Positions 1 to 9,881 of a DNA stretch of 42,066 nucleotides are shown here, piece after piece. Made by a program: the position numbers and the translations under genes. The stretch spans positions 65,498 to 107,563 of the IMG/VR virus record IMGVR_UViG_3300041964_000076; one strand, given 5' to 3'. This stretch comes from a virus. Under the pieces are notes generated by a model that saw only the letters and a list, made by a program, of their open reading frames with translations, did no database searches and was not told the origin of the DNA. Numbering within the stretch: position 1 is the first letter of the stretch; every line of letters begins with the position of its first letter.

Positions 1-1268
1 GCCCTGACATTGGTGGTTATCAGCAAGGATTGCGGGCTTTTTATGGACTGGTTGACAACGAACCGATGAGCGCTCGACCGCTATTCAGTAAGCGCAATAT
101 TCAGGTGCAATTTAATACGCGCTTTGCGATCGGGTCAGTGCAGCCCTGCAAATTGAAAACTCTGGCGATGGTTGGGATCGTCGGGTAATTCCACTGCCCA
201 CCAAAGAGCGTCGAGGTGGCATGGATCGCTACCTCAAACTCAAGCTCAAAGAGGTTTTGCCGCAGATTATTTCCTGGGCGCTTTCAATGACCAGGCAGCG
301 CCGTGACTTCATTCTGAGCAACCTGCATTTCTACGATCGCATTGAGGCAGCTAGAGGTGATGCCGCTTTAGCTGGCGATCCAATCCGGTCATTCGTTGAT
401 ATGTGCCTGCGCCCTGCACCCGGAAGCAAAAAGAAGATTGATAGCTGTCAATTGCATACATGGTACAGCGCCTACGTGCAGGTGATGGGCAGTAGCCGCA
501 TGAGCCTACCAAGATTTGTTAACCACCTAAAAACGATCATTCCTCACCACTATCAACCTCGTCGCAGAGGTAGCAAAAAACTTGAAGGACATACAGACAA
601 AATTTTGGCTCATTGGGTTGAAATTGAGCCACTTGACGGAGTGTTTCAAGAAGAAAACGAAGCTGGTGATTTCTGCAAATGCATTAAGAAAGAGTGTGAA
701 GACGGGGGTTTGTGGGCTTTTGCAGATCACGCAGCAGGGGTATCAGGTGAACTTATCAAAGATTCGCATTTTGGCCCTCAATGGCCCATCATCTCTCGAA
801 AAAGAAAATACAGTCGAGTGCACAGTCAGAAGCTACTACAGCATGTAGTTTTCAGCGATCATGTGCCATCATGGCCATCGTGTGCCCATCGTGGTTTCTG
901 AGCAAATAAAAAAAATGGACGAAAACGCGTACAATACCCCTCAAAATGACTCAAAAAGTCGAGTTGAAAAAAATAATATGCTAGACCCCCCCTCCAGTCG
1001 AGGGCACATGAGGGCACAAAAAAACGAAAATCGCTCAAACCCCCCGTACAGCAAGGGTTAATTTTGATCCACATCTCTCGACAGAGAATAACAAGAAACG
1101 CCTCAGAAAGTAGTCACAGCGCGGGTTTCGAGAATGTCCCGCATAAACAAATTCTCTCTTCAGAGACATGGCCGTTGAGGGCCAGAAGATAAACCCAGCT
1201 TATACCGACGACGATGACGACGAGTGGGCAAAAGGTAAACCCGAAGGTTATGTGGAGGAATTTTGATG
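1..1268 (+). CDS. 3' part of phage/plasmid primase-helicase (P4/D5-like), frameshifted, 5'-truncated
   Basis: ORF 221..901 has a D5-type C-terminal region (DPIRSFVDMC...LHTWYSAY...RFVNHLK); upstream frames read like the end of an SF3 helicase (GWDRRVIPLP); low-complexity continuation in 861..1061 and to about 1268. Confidence 0.6.
771..1185. repeat. putative replication origin: inverted iteron clusters around an A-rich tract
   Basis: TG(T)GCC(C)ATC/TGGCCCTC-like copies at 772, 782, 862, 872, 881; inverted GAGGGCACA at 1000 and 1010, GAGGGCCA at 1177; A-rich 903-980. Confidence 0.45.
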
Positions 1269-1841
1269 AAAGCCAAAAAAGAATTGGTGCCAAAGGTCGG
1301 TGACTGGGTGCAGGTGTATATGTGGCAGGCTGCAAACCCCTTTGAATATTTAGCGTGGAGCGGTGAAAAAGTGCAGGTAGTTAAACGGTTGAAAAAAGTA
1401 GCAGATGGCGTGACAACCTTAAGCGCGATCGTTTCTCATCCTGAATGGTTGCCAGCAGAAGGTGTAGAGGTGCCAATGCGATTTCTTTGCCTACAAACGC
1501 CTGCTTTAGTTGTAAGTGAACCAGAGCTTACAGCAGTACCTCAACCAGGCGATCGGGTGGTTGTAGCAGCAGGACCGTATCAGCGTTGGTACAGCAACAC
1601 ATTGACCAACCTGTCCTATGTCCAAACTGGGACATTCAAAAATTACAGCCGATCGAACCGCGATTGGATCGAACGTTACGCACCCGATCGCTTTCCCTGG
1701 GTAGAAGTCTTCACGTTCAAGCAACTGCAAGGCGATTTGGCCTTAATCATGGCCTCCGGCGAACGCTACAAAGTGCCAGTTGATTGCCTGCAAGTGTTGG
1801 TTTCCAAAGAATCTGTAGTGCTGGAGGACTTAGCCGCATGA
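1263..1841 (+). CDS. hypothetical phage protein
   Basis: 192-aa ORF with GGAGG upstream, tightly coupled to neighbours. Confidence 0.7.
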   Translation: MMKAKKELVPKVGDWVQVYMWQAANPFEYLAWSGEKVQVVKRLKKVADGVTTLSAIVSHPEWLPAEGVEVPMRFLCLQTPALVVSEPELTAVPQPGDRVVVAAGPYQRWYSNTLTNLSYVQTGTFKNYSRSNRDWIERYAPDRFPWVEVFTFKQLQGDLALIMASGERYKVPVDCLQVLVSKESVVLEDLAA

Positions 1842-2035
1842 GCTTAAAAGAACCCGATCGCTATACCGAGTTGGTGCATCTCTTCAAACGACTGCGATCG
1901 GCGTTGGGTGCCATCTACCGCGACAACTTGAAAGACATTGCGCTGGGCGAAGTACGAAAAGGTGTGGAAGCAGCAGAAGCCTTCGCCAAACAACAGACTG
2001 GGAAACGTGAACAGAGAGCCAAGAAACGAGCATGA
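1838..2035 (+). CDS. hypothetical protein (MSLKEPDRY...)
   Basis: ATGA overlaps with both flanking genes; GGAGG upstream. Confidence 0.6.
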   Translation: MSLKEPDRYTELVHLFKRLRSALGAIYRDNLKDIALGEVRKGVEAAEAFAKQQTGKREQRAKKRA

Positions 2036-2235
2036 ACATCACCATTCCTGAACCGTTAGAAAAGTCACTCCAAACCTTTCTAAACGCACGACCCCATTAC
2101 ACAACCGATCGCGCTTTCACTGAGGCAATTGCTTTATTCCTGCTGCAACACCGCACTGATGGCGTGAGCAGTCGCCAATGTAGCCGCATCTACCTTGATT
2201 CGCTGTTCAAAAAAACGGCTGAGGTAAAACTATGA
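2032..2235 (+). CDS. DUF2811-family small protein (cyanobacterial)
   Basis: IPEPL..SLQTFL...P....DRAFTEAIALFLLQ...RIYLDSLF matches the remembered family pattern. Confidence 0.7.
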   Translation: MNITIPEPLEKSLQTFLNARPHYTTDRAFTEAIALFLLQHRTDGVSSRQCSRIYLDSLFKKTAEVKL

Positions 2236-3080
2236 AACGCATTGTTTGTTATTCCGGTGGGCACGATTCTGCACTAACCGCGATCGAGGTGTCTCGACTG
2301 CACGGCACTGAAAATTTGATCCTGCTCAATCACGACATCAACCCCAGCAAAGAACACGCCGACATCAAGCGTTTTAAGCAAGAGGTTGCTAGTTATTTGG
2401 GTATGTCAATCACCTATGCCAATTGCTTGGGTATTACTGAACCTGAGAACCTGCCTGATCAGTTCCAGGCAGCAATGCTGGCCTCAAAGTTCGGCTATGG
2501 CAGCAATGGGTTTAAGTTTGGCAACGGGCAAGAAGTTTGTACAAACATTTTAAAGACAACGCCTTTTTACAATTGGCTCAAAGCGAATTGCGCCCCAGGT
2601 GAAGGCGTTATTTATTACGGCTTCGATCGCCAAGAGCAGCATCGTCTCATTCGCCGCCGCAAGCATTTAGCAGTGGTGGGCTACGAGTCAGGCTACCTAG
2701 CGGAATTACCCCGCACCATCAAAAGCACCAAAGAGTTAGGCATCGAACCACCGCTTACCTATCAGCTTTTTAAGCACGGCAATTGTATCGGCTGCCTTAA
2801 AGCAGGGTTGCAGCATTGGTACATCGTTTTTTGCTACTACCCCGATATTTGGCAGCAGGGCAAACAAGCGGAAGCCGCGATCGGTTATTCCATTCACTCA
2901 GAAGGGTTTCTAGAAACATTAGAGCCACTGTTTGAAGCCATGCAAATGTCAGGTGTTACCCCCACCGAACACATCACTCATCAAAAGTTTTGGGCACAAG
3001 CTAAAGCCGTTGTAAAGCCAACCTATTTCACACCGTCACTTTTTAGCCAGCCTGCTATCCCTTGCGAATGCGTGATGTAA
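2232..3080 (+). CDS. phage PAPS-reductase-like (PP-loop) protein
   Basis: N-terminal CYSGGHDS PP-loop, CTNILK, HGNCIGCLKAG, C-terminal PCEC. Confidence 0.8.
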   Translation: MKRIVCYSGGHDSALTAIEVSRLHGTENLILLNHDINPSKEHADIKRFKQEVASYLGMSITYANCLGITEPENLPDQFQAAMLASKFGYGSNGFKFGNGQEVCTNILKTTPFYNWLKANCAPGEGVIYYGFDRQEQHRLIRRRKHLAVVGYESGYLAELPRTIKSTKELGIEPPLTYQLFKHGNCIGCLKAGLQHWYIVFCYYPDIWQQGKQAEAAIGYSIHSEGFLETLEPLFEAMQMSGVTPTEHITHQKFWAQAKAVVKPTYFTPSLFSQPAIPCECVM

Positions 3081-3136
3081 CCACAAAAAGGGCGATCGCA
3101 CTTGCCAGCACGATCGCCCCATCCATTAACTAACTC

Positions 3137-3427
3137 ATGAAAACCATGCTTAATCCTACTCCCCCTGCACAATTACCGCCCGAATTGTTAGCACGACTGC
3201 GCGAACCACAGCCAGAGTGCAAGTATCGCCGCAGTCTACCTGCTATGAAAAAGGCGGCTAGACTTTTCGGCATCAAAACCAGGAACAAGACAAAAGATCC
3301 ACGCTTTGACTGGTACAACCTGACGCTGCAAGCCCTCGACAATCACACCCCTGATTGGCGCGGCTATGTATTGCCTGTAGAAGTCAGAACGATCGCACCT
3401 CAAAGCTCAGAGAGGAAAGCAGCATGA
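3137..3427 (+). CDS. hypothetical protein
   Basis: 96-aa ORF ending ...RKAA with ATGA coupling to the next gene. Confidence 0.6.
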   Translation: MKTMLNPTPPAQLPPELLARLREPQPECKYRRSLPAMKKAARLFGIKTRNKTKDPRFDWYNLTLQALDNHTPDWRGYVLPVEVRTIAPQSSERKAA

Positions 3428-3995
3428 ACAACCAAAAAGTCAAAGCGCCGTGCGCTGTCGCAAGCCTGCTTTTGAGAGTGTGATGCAGACGATCGAAGCG
3501 GCAAAGCAAGAAGCGATCGCTACTCAAAAGCGGATGCTAAGAAGCTCGAAATCTGCAATCGTGCTGGCGTTTCTCAGAACTATTTCACATCCAAAAATCC
3601 TAGCGCCCGAACCGCTTTTAAGGCGTATATTGCTGCCAGAGAAGAGGCAGAATTGACCGCAACGAATGTACCCAAGAAAAGAAAGTATGTCTCCGTGAAA
3701 AAACATAAAGAGCCACGCTTGACGTTCAACACTAAAACGCAACCGGAAAAAGTTGAGGTGACAGCAAAGAAGAATTGCAGCGCAAGGAACGGCAGTTACT
3801 AGCCCACCTTGAACGCTTTGGGAGTGTCTATCTTCGCAGCCTGACCTACAACTAAATCTTAGCCCTTCCGATGTGGGTGCAATGGTGCAACGACTGAAGC
3901 GGCAAGGGCTGATTTCAATTAATCAAAGTCCATTTGATAAGACTGGTAATGAAGCGGCGATCGTCTTGGCTAATCAACAGAGGAGGGCAGGTTGA
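3424..3995 (+). CDS. hypothetical protein, broken by frameshifts
   Basis: ATG at 3424 coupled to the upstream stop; fragments include ORF 3450..3656. Confidence 0.4.
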
Positions 3996-4205
3996 ATCAA
4001 CCACTACCAACACCAAACGATCGCCCACATATTACGGATTTGGTCATGCAAGATCTGAGCGATCGTAAAGCCTTGGCATTGCAAGATACAACACGCCACT
4101 ACAACCATTTAACGGCAGAGATAGCTTGCAAGATGCGTATGAGGAAGCAATGGACGAAATTTTCTACATTAAGCAAGCAATTCTTGAAAAGGAGGAGTTA
4201 ATAAA
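3992..4205 (+). CDS. small all-alpha NTP pyrophosphohydrolase-like phage protein (frameshift near 4085)
   Basis: joined frames give MNQPLPTPNDRPHITDLVMQDLSDRKAL..RYNTPLQPFNGRDSLQDAYEEAMDEIFYIKQAILEKEE, a conserved phage family with an EExxD motif; exact 3' end uncertain. Confidence 0.6.
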
Positions 4206-4206
4206 A

Positions 4207-5051
4207 ATGTCTGGAAAAATTGCATATTGTAATTGCGGGCTAAAGTCTCCAGAAAAGGGAGAATTGCAGAAAATGTTTTTTGCTAATACAGTCTTTAAAG
4301 AAAAACACTGCAATCTCTGCCAGGAACTTTTTCAACCAAAATCTGGAGTAGCTATTTGTTTGCAATAAGTGCAAATTTAGCTGTACGAATTGTGGGGAAT
4401 CCAAAAGCGGACAAACCAAATCCAAGTATTGCAAAAATTGTTTGCCACTAGTTTAAGACAGTTCCCCAGGGTTTGCCTTAAGTGTGAATCTTCTTTTTGA
4501 TTCTAATAATAAGTCACGGTTTTGGCAAAACTTGTGATTTAAGCGAAAACCTAAAATTGTGTTGACTGTGGCAAGTCGATCTCTAAAGGGCATTCAAGGT
4601 GCAATAGCTGCTCTTCCAAAAAGAGGTGCAAAGAAAATACCTATCATGGCAAAGGATGGAAAAAGTACGAATACAAAGGGATCAGATACCGCAGCAAATG
4701 GGAAGTGTCAACTGCAACTCTTTTAAAAGAGTTGACTGTTCAATTTGAATACGAAAAGAAAGATCCTGTTACAGGTAAACGCCAGATTTTTATTTCCTGA
4801 CTTGATAGATATTTAGAAATTCATCCTGATATTTATGGAGCAAAATTTTACCGGAGAATTGTGTTTTGGTTAAAACACAAAAACATGCAGAAATTTCGGC
4901 GTTAGCAATTGGGTTTAAATTACAACCAATGCTTGTCGATATTTTTATTGCAAGATGTAGCGATAAAAAGTTAAAAGCTTTAGAAAAAGCCACTTTTGAT
5001 CTATGCGTATATCTTAGGGGATTAATTGAAGAACCGGAGTTGTCAACCTGA
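4207..5051 (+). CDS. PD-(D/E)XK endonuclease with N-terminal CxxC repeats (heavily frameshifted)
   Basis: several CxxC motifs in 4207-4630, then YKGIRYRSKWE...FEYEKK...PDF...YLEIHPD; AT-rich, no HIP1. Confidence 0.6.
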
Positions 5052-5192
5052 ATTTTGCTAATCCACCAAGACAGAGTTACTTAATGCATTGGCTAGAGCA
5101 ACTTTTTCAGGGAAACGATCGACGCGATGCCGCAATGGTCATTGAGGCTACGGAACAGCTGCGATCACTTTACAAAAGTATGAGGGAAAACA

Positions 5193-5989
5193 ATGCAAAC
5201 TGAACAGGCGATCGATCCATTCTTCAAGGTTGAAGTTATTAGCAAAACTCTCAGCCCTCAGCAAGTAATTTATGCTGCACTTAGGCAAGATTATTCAGAG
5301 TCTTTTGTCTGCGATGAGCTTGGTTTTGAAGATCAATATGATGGCTTTGAGCCTGCGCTGAATGACCCTTTCAACTCAGAAGCACTGATCACGAAGAAGA
5401 GCAGGCAAGCGGCATTGTCTAGAATCTATTGAAAGGCGATCGCGGTCATTTTGGCCACTCGACACGTGCAATAGTTTTAATTGTGGTTGGTCCCTCACAG
5501 CACGATCGTGCAATTAAGAACACATAGGGTCGGGGTCTCTTTCGATGTTCAATCCCAAAGGTACACATCTCAAAGGGTTATTGATGTTGCCAAACTCGAT
5601 CGCCCAGTTGATGAAGTCTTCTATCTAAGACCGATTGGAACTTACACAGATCGACAGGGTTCGCGTTACGTTTACACCGAAGAAATGCAAGCCGAAGATA
5701 GAGAAGATTGCCGCAATGCCGCCATCAAGTATGCCTATCGGGTAGAAAAGATGGTGTCACAGAGGAACACGCCAGAGACTTGTTACCGCAAGGAATTAGA
5801 CAACATTTTGTCATGTCGGCAAACCTGCGATCGCTGCTTCACATCTTGCTTATCCGAGGCAAGAAAGATGCCCAGCTAGAAGTACAGCAGTTGTGTGAAT
5901 TGACATTGCCACACCTGAAAGAGTGGTGCCCACAAGTCAGTGCATGGTTTGAAGCAAACCTATGGTTAAAAGGACGATTAGCCCCATGA
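5193..5989 (+). CDS. thyX: FAD-dependent thymidylate synthase (frameshifted in this sequence)
   Basis: PQQVIYAALRQDYSE, GDRGHFG, QLRTHRVGVSFDVQSQRY, EEHARDLLP, LRSLLH, RGKKDAQLE, KGRLAP across three ORFs. Confidence 0.92.
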
Positions 5990-6255
5990 TTCGCACCGAA
6001 ACACCAACTGAAATCCAAAGCGCGATCGCCGCCGCCCTCCGCCAGAAGTTGTGCCTTCACAGTTTCATAAATCTGCAACCAGAGGAGAAGCGATCGCACC
6101 TCGAAGCCGCCTCATCTTTCCTCACTCATCCTGACGCTAGACCGACCGATAAACGAGCGATCGTCGCGCTCTTGGAATTGTTAGCAACGGTCGAGGATTT
6201 GGGAGTAGGGGCGATCGCCCAGTCGATTGTTGATCAATGGCATAACCCACTGTGA
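5986..6255 (+). CDS. hypothetical protein
   Basis: ATGA-coupled to thyX. Confidence 0.55.
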   Translation: MIRTETPTEIQSAIAAALRQKLCLHSFINLQPEEKRSHLEAASSFLTHPDARPTDKRAIVALLELLATVEDLGVGAIAQSIVDQWHNPL

Positions 6256-6620
6256 CGACTATGAAAAACCGCAACAAACGCAGTACCGATCGCCAAATGA
6301 GAGTACAACAAAGCAGGCTCGATCGACTCTTTCAAAAGACGGTCAAACTCACTAAACCATTGCCAAGCTATCAACAATTACACACTGAGGCTTGTCGGTA
6401 TCACGGTGAATTTAGTATGCAGTCGTGGCGTGTGATTGCCTACGCTCGGCACACTTACACCAACTACGATATGCTCTGCGGCAAGGTAAAAGTAGCCAGC
6501 GCGATAAACAGTGAGATTTGTGCTGGCTATAAGCAGCAGGCTAACGATTTGATTCACACAGAGTTAAGGGCAAATCTGCAAACGATGACGGTAAAAGTAG
6601 GAGGCGATCGTAATGGCTAA
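6252..6620 (+). CDS. hypothetical protein
   Basis: 122-aa ORF in an overlapping operon. Confidence 0.6.
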   Translation: MTTMKNRNKRSTDRQMRVQQSRLDRLFQKTVKLTKPLPSYQQLHTEACRYHGEFSMQSWRVIAYARHTYTNYDMLCGKVKVASAINSEICAGYKQQANDLIHTELRANLQTMTVKVGGDRNG

Positions 6621-6918
6621 GTGTCAACTTGAACCCAACAATTTCACTCCTTGTCAGGGGATGAAGTTGGCAATGAATGGCAATATGTGGAACTCCAAAG
6701 CTAAAGGGTTCTATGTGAGTCAGGTAACTAATTTCAAAACGTTTGAAACTCGCGTTGCGGGTGTGGTTCTACGCTATGGCAAGACAAACGAAGCAATCTA
6801 TATCAATTGTTGCCCTTTCTGTACGACTTTGCTTGACTCTCAACACTTGCCGCCAGAAGTGCCATCTAAACCACTAGAAGATGTTGCGGTGATCCATCAA
6901 GAGTTGGGCGTTTTATGA
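6613..6918 (+). CDS. hypothetical protein with CPFC motif
   Basis: GGAGG RBS; INCCPFC. Confidence 0.65.
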   Translation: MAKCQLEPNNFTPCQGMKLAMNGNMWNSKAKGFYVSQVTNFKTFETRVAGVVLRYGKTNEAIYINCCPFCTTLLDSQHLPPEVPSKPLEDVAVIHQELGVL

Positions 6919-7145
6919 CACAGATCAGGAGAGCGATCGCAATGCTTGAACCACAACCACAACCCGTAGACAATGCCAACCCTGGTAGCCCTTACGCGCT
7001 TGCTCACGGTTGCCTCTGCCCGCGCATGGACAACGCTAATGGACTAGGCGCTTATGGAGGCGCTAAAGGTAAGGACGGCAAACCATCGTTTTGGATTAGT
7101 GAAAATTGCCCGATGCACGGCAAAGTGAACGATCGCCCATGCTAA
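6915..7145 (+). CDS. small conserved phage Cys/His protein
   Basis: NPGSPYALAHGCLCPRMDN...FWISENCPMHG. Confidence 0.65.
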   Translation: MTQIRRAIAMLEPQPQPVDNANPGSPYALAHGCLCPRMDNANGLGAYGGAKGKDGKPSFWISENCPMHGKVNDRPC

Positions 7146-7498
7146 TCCTCCTCACCCTCGTCATCTGTGCAGGCATCATTCTGCTGCTAGCCCACGCCGA
7201 TCGACGTGATGCACTTTACGACAGCCCGATCGCCCCTGCTACTGCGGAGGAGCGTCAATGGATTGCACTGGGTTACGAGTTTGCCCTTAGAGATGGTGAA
7301 GCGAGGGATAAGGCACTGGCACTAGACATTCTGAAGATGAAGTGCCGTATCAGAGAGGAGACGCTGTTTGAGGTTGTGCAATGGCTGGAAGCGCAAATAC
7401 CACGGCACAGCATCGGGACTGCGATCGCCCTTCATGAATTGGCGGAGGAATTGAGAGCACACGGTTTAGAAACAACGGAGGGAACCACCAATGGCTAG
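7139..7498 (+). CDS. hypothetical protein with N-terminal membrane anchor
   Basis: MLILLTLVICAGIILLLA hydrophobic start. Confidence 0.6.
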   Translation: MLILLTLVICAGIILLLAHADRRDALYDSPIAPATAEERQWIALGYEFALRDGEARDKALALDILKMKCRIREETLFEVVQWLEAQIPRHSIGTAIALHELAEELRAHGLETTEGTTNG

Positions 7499-7663
7499 AA
7501 ATCAACCCGGTCGGCAGCAAGCCGCTAAGAATTTGATTGATGCTGCTATTCAGTATCAGGTCTATAAAACAGCTTTGAAGATTGCCGCTTTGCCACCTGA
7601 AAAAATTAAACCCGATGCGCCTGAAATTATTGAACTTCAAGAGATGTTGAAAGATGTTGCTTA
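7491..7663 (+). CDS. 57-aa hypothetical protein, last gene of the early operon
   Basis: GGAGG RBS, MARNQPGRQQAAKNL...KDVA*; stop overlaps the recombinase stop. Confidence 0.55.
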
Positions 7664-9232
7664 ACGCAATTCAACTTTCATCACTTTGCCACCTAAAACT
7701 TCAACACGCTCTACTAAATAAAAAGCAGCCTCTTGTTTCTGATCTGGTGCCATTGTGCGCCAAAACTCTTCATCTTGAAACGATCGCAAAATCAAGCTGT
7801 CCTTGTTTCGACGCTCCTGCTTTTGCACTGTGACATTAGATAAGAGTTTAGACAATTTCAACTTCTTAGCCTCGATCGCTGCTCTTAAGTCTGGGTCATT
7901 CATCTTTTCATATTTATGAATCTGCGATCGCAGTTCGACTACTTCAGGCGCTTCTGGCTCGTTCGATGCCAATTGCATATCATGCTTGGCTTGCGCGGCG
8001 ATCGCTTTGACATGTTCTTTCAGTTTGGCGATCACAGCATCTTCAATCAACGTGTTTCTAGTGAGCGTTCGGTTGGTGCAGTTCAGTACTGCGTCTGGAT
8101 TGATTTTGCGTTGGTAGCGCTCTTTGATATACAGGCAGCACTGATACCCAAACTTTTGATTGTGCTTGCCGCCGTTTCCTTGCAGTCGGCACTGGCTTCC
8201 ACATTCTTGGCAGAACACTAAACCCTTAAACCAGTTTTGATGAGCATAGCTGTTGGAACCACGACCGATCGACCGATGGCTGGCAATGATGCCCATGATC
8301 TGATCGTGCGTTTCCCGACTGATAATGCCCGTGTGGTTGTTCCAGTCAATTTCCCAGTCCTCGCGTGGCAGCAGATATTTTACACGCTTACCATTGGTAT
8401 CAATAATTTCTTGCTTCTTAAGAACTTTGCCGCCTGCGAGTACCGGATCTGTCAGCCAGTCAATTAAGCCACCCTCGCTCCACCGAAAGATCGAGATTGC
8501 CCAAAAGTGCCGCTTTTGTAAACCAATAATCTCGTCTGGTAGCAAATGATTTTTTGTCATTGGGCGCACGACGATCGACGGCAGGCTAATCCCGTAATAA
8601 TCGTGAATTGCTCCAACCGTTCGCGTTGATCCCTTAAGCTTCAGGAATAGTTCAACCTGGTGCCGAGCGATCGCTGCTGTGTGTAATTCTTCCTTTGTGG
8701 CTAGCAGGACATAAGAACGGTTTGGTGCTAGGAACTATCTTGCCGTCTTGCCTGGTAAAGCCAAACCGCACTGCTCCACGCCACAGGTTCCGCTCTTGCT
8801 CGTAGTCGGTGCCTCTGGTTTGCCTATTCCTAATGCGCGATAACTCATAGGTCGCCCCTGCCGCTGCGATCGACCCTAGCAGCCCACCAATGTCGCTACA
8901 CAAATCAATCCCTAGGTTGCTGGGTAAAATCTGACACTGATGGCGACGCGCGATCGCTTTTACCTCCTCTAGCACCACCTGGTTAGCAGTCAAGCGCTCA
9001 ACATCTGGGATCAAGACTTTTTCGACTATCCCTGTTTCGATGAGGGCGATCGCCTGTTGAAGCCCTGGACGCTCCGCGATCGACGCTGTACGACTGGGCA
9101 ATGTCGTAGAACAAGTGATCGCACCCAGCATCGCCTAGAGCCTGTAGGTGGCGGATCAGTTGCTTGCGGTTTGCTTGGTTCTCGTCCACACTTAACCGTA
9201 CAACGCCGATTGTCAAACGTTCTGGAGCCCAT
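7661..9232 (-). CDS. large serine recombinase/integrase, XisF-like (frameshifted)
   Basis: resolvase domain IGVVRLS...RPGLQQ...ERLT...ELSRIRNR, FGF...KPFLC, recombinase domain WLTDPVLAG, Zn ribbon KGLVFCQECG...YQC...C, coiled coil, C-terminal LVERVEV. Confidence 0.88.
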
Positions 9233-9254
9233 AGCGATCGACCCTAACTTGGTT

Positions 9255-9298
9255 ACTCACAAAGTATAAGGGACATCTGCGACTCTCTAATTGTGAGT
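9255..9298. other. putative attP site
   Basis: ACTCACAA (9255-9262) / TTGTGAGT (9291-9298) inverted repeat symmetric about CA-TC-TG, 22 bp upstream of the integrase ATG. Confidence 0.55.
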
Positions 9299-9378
9299 TA
9301 AAATGGGAAGATTACCGATCGCCTGAATGGGTTCCAGCCACTCAAGCGATCTAACCACCAACCTTATTGGAGAAGGCT
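9299..9378 (+). promoter_or_regulatory. -10 box plus hairpin leader of HNH gene
   Basis: TAAAAT 9299-9304; stem 9317-9330/9338-9351; CTAACC...GGAG..GGCTATG. Confidence 0.5.
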
Positions 9379-9845
9379 ATGGCTGTCCTGATTGTATTAT
9401 CAGATGTAGAGCGGTTACGCTTTGAGCAAAAATCGAGAAAACTGAATCCTGTTGGTTGTGGACTGGCGGCACTTCTAGATTTGGACACGGTAGATTCAGT
9501 GTTAGCGGAAAACTGCAAAGCACTCACCGCATTGCTTATACGTTGGCTTACGGAAAAATCCCAAAAGCCAAGCTTATTTTGCACAAATGTCACAACCCGC
9601 GCTGTGTTAACCCTGGGCATCTTTATGCCGGAACCCACTCTGACAATCAAAAGGACGCGCTAGAAGCTGGTAGATCTAAAGTGCCAGTCCATCTATGGCT
9701 GGACGAAGCTCGTGTTTTAGAGATTAAAGCCTTAGTCAGTTCAGGCTTAAGCTTCCGCGAAGTTGGCAGGCGAACAGGTGTTAATCATTCAACTGTTAGC
9801 AGTATTGTCAAAGGCAAAACAAAAGCCTGGGCGAATGTCGCATAA
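9379..9845 (+). CDS. HNH endonuclease (HNH_3-type) with C-terminal HTH; frameshift near 9430
   Basis: WTGG...HRIAY...ILHKCHNPRCVNPGHL..GT..DN; LSFREVGRRTGVNHSTVSSIVKG. Confidence 0.85.
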
Positions 9846-9881
9846 GGAGCGATCGCGACTTCCCTGACGTAGAATAAAAGG

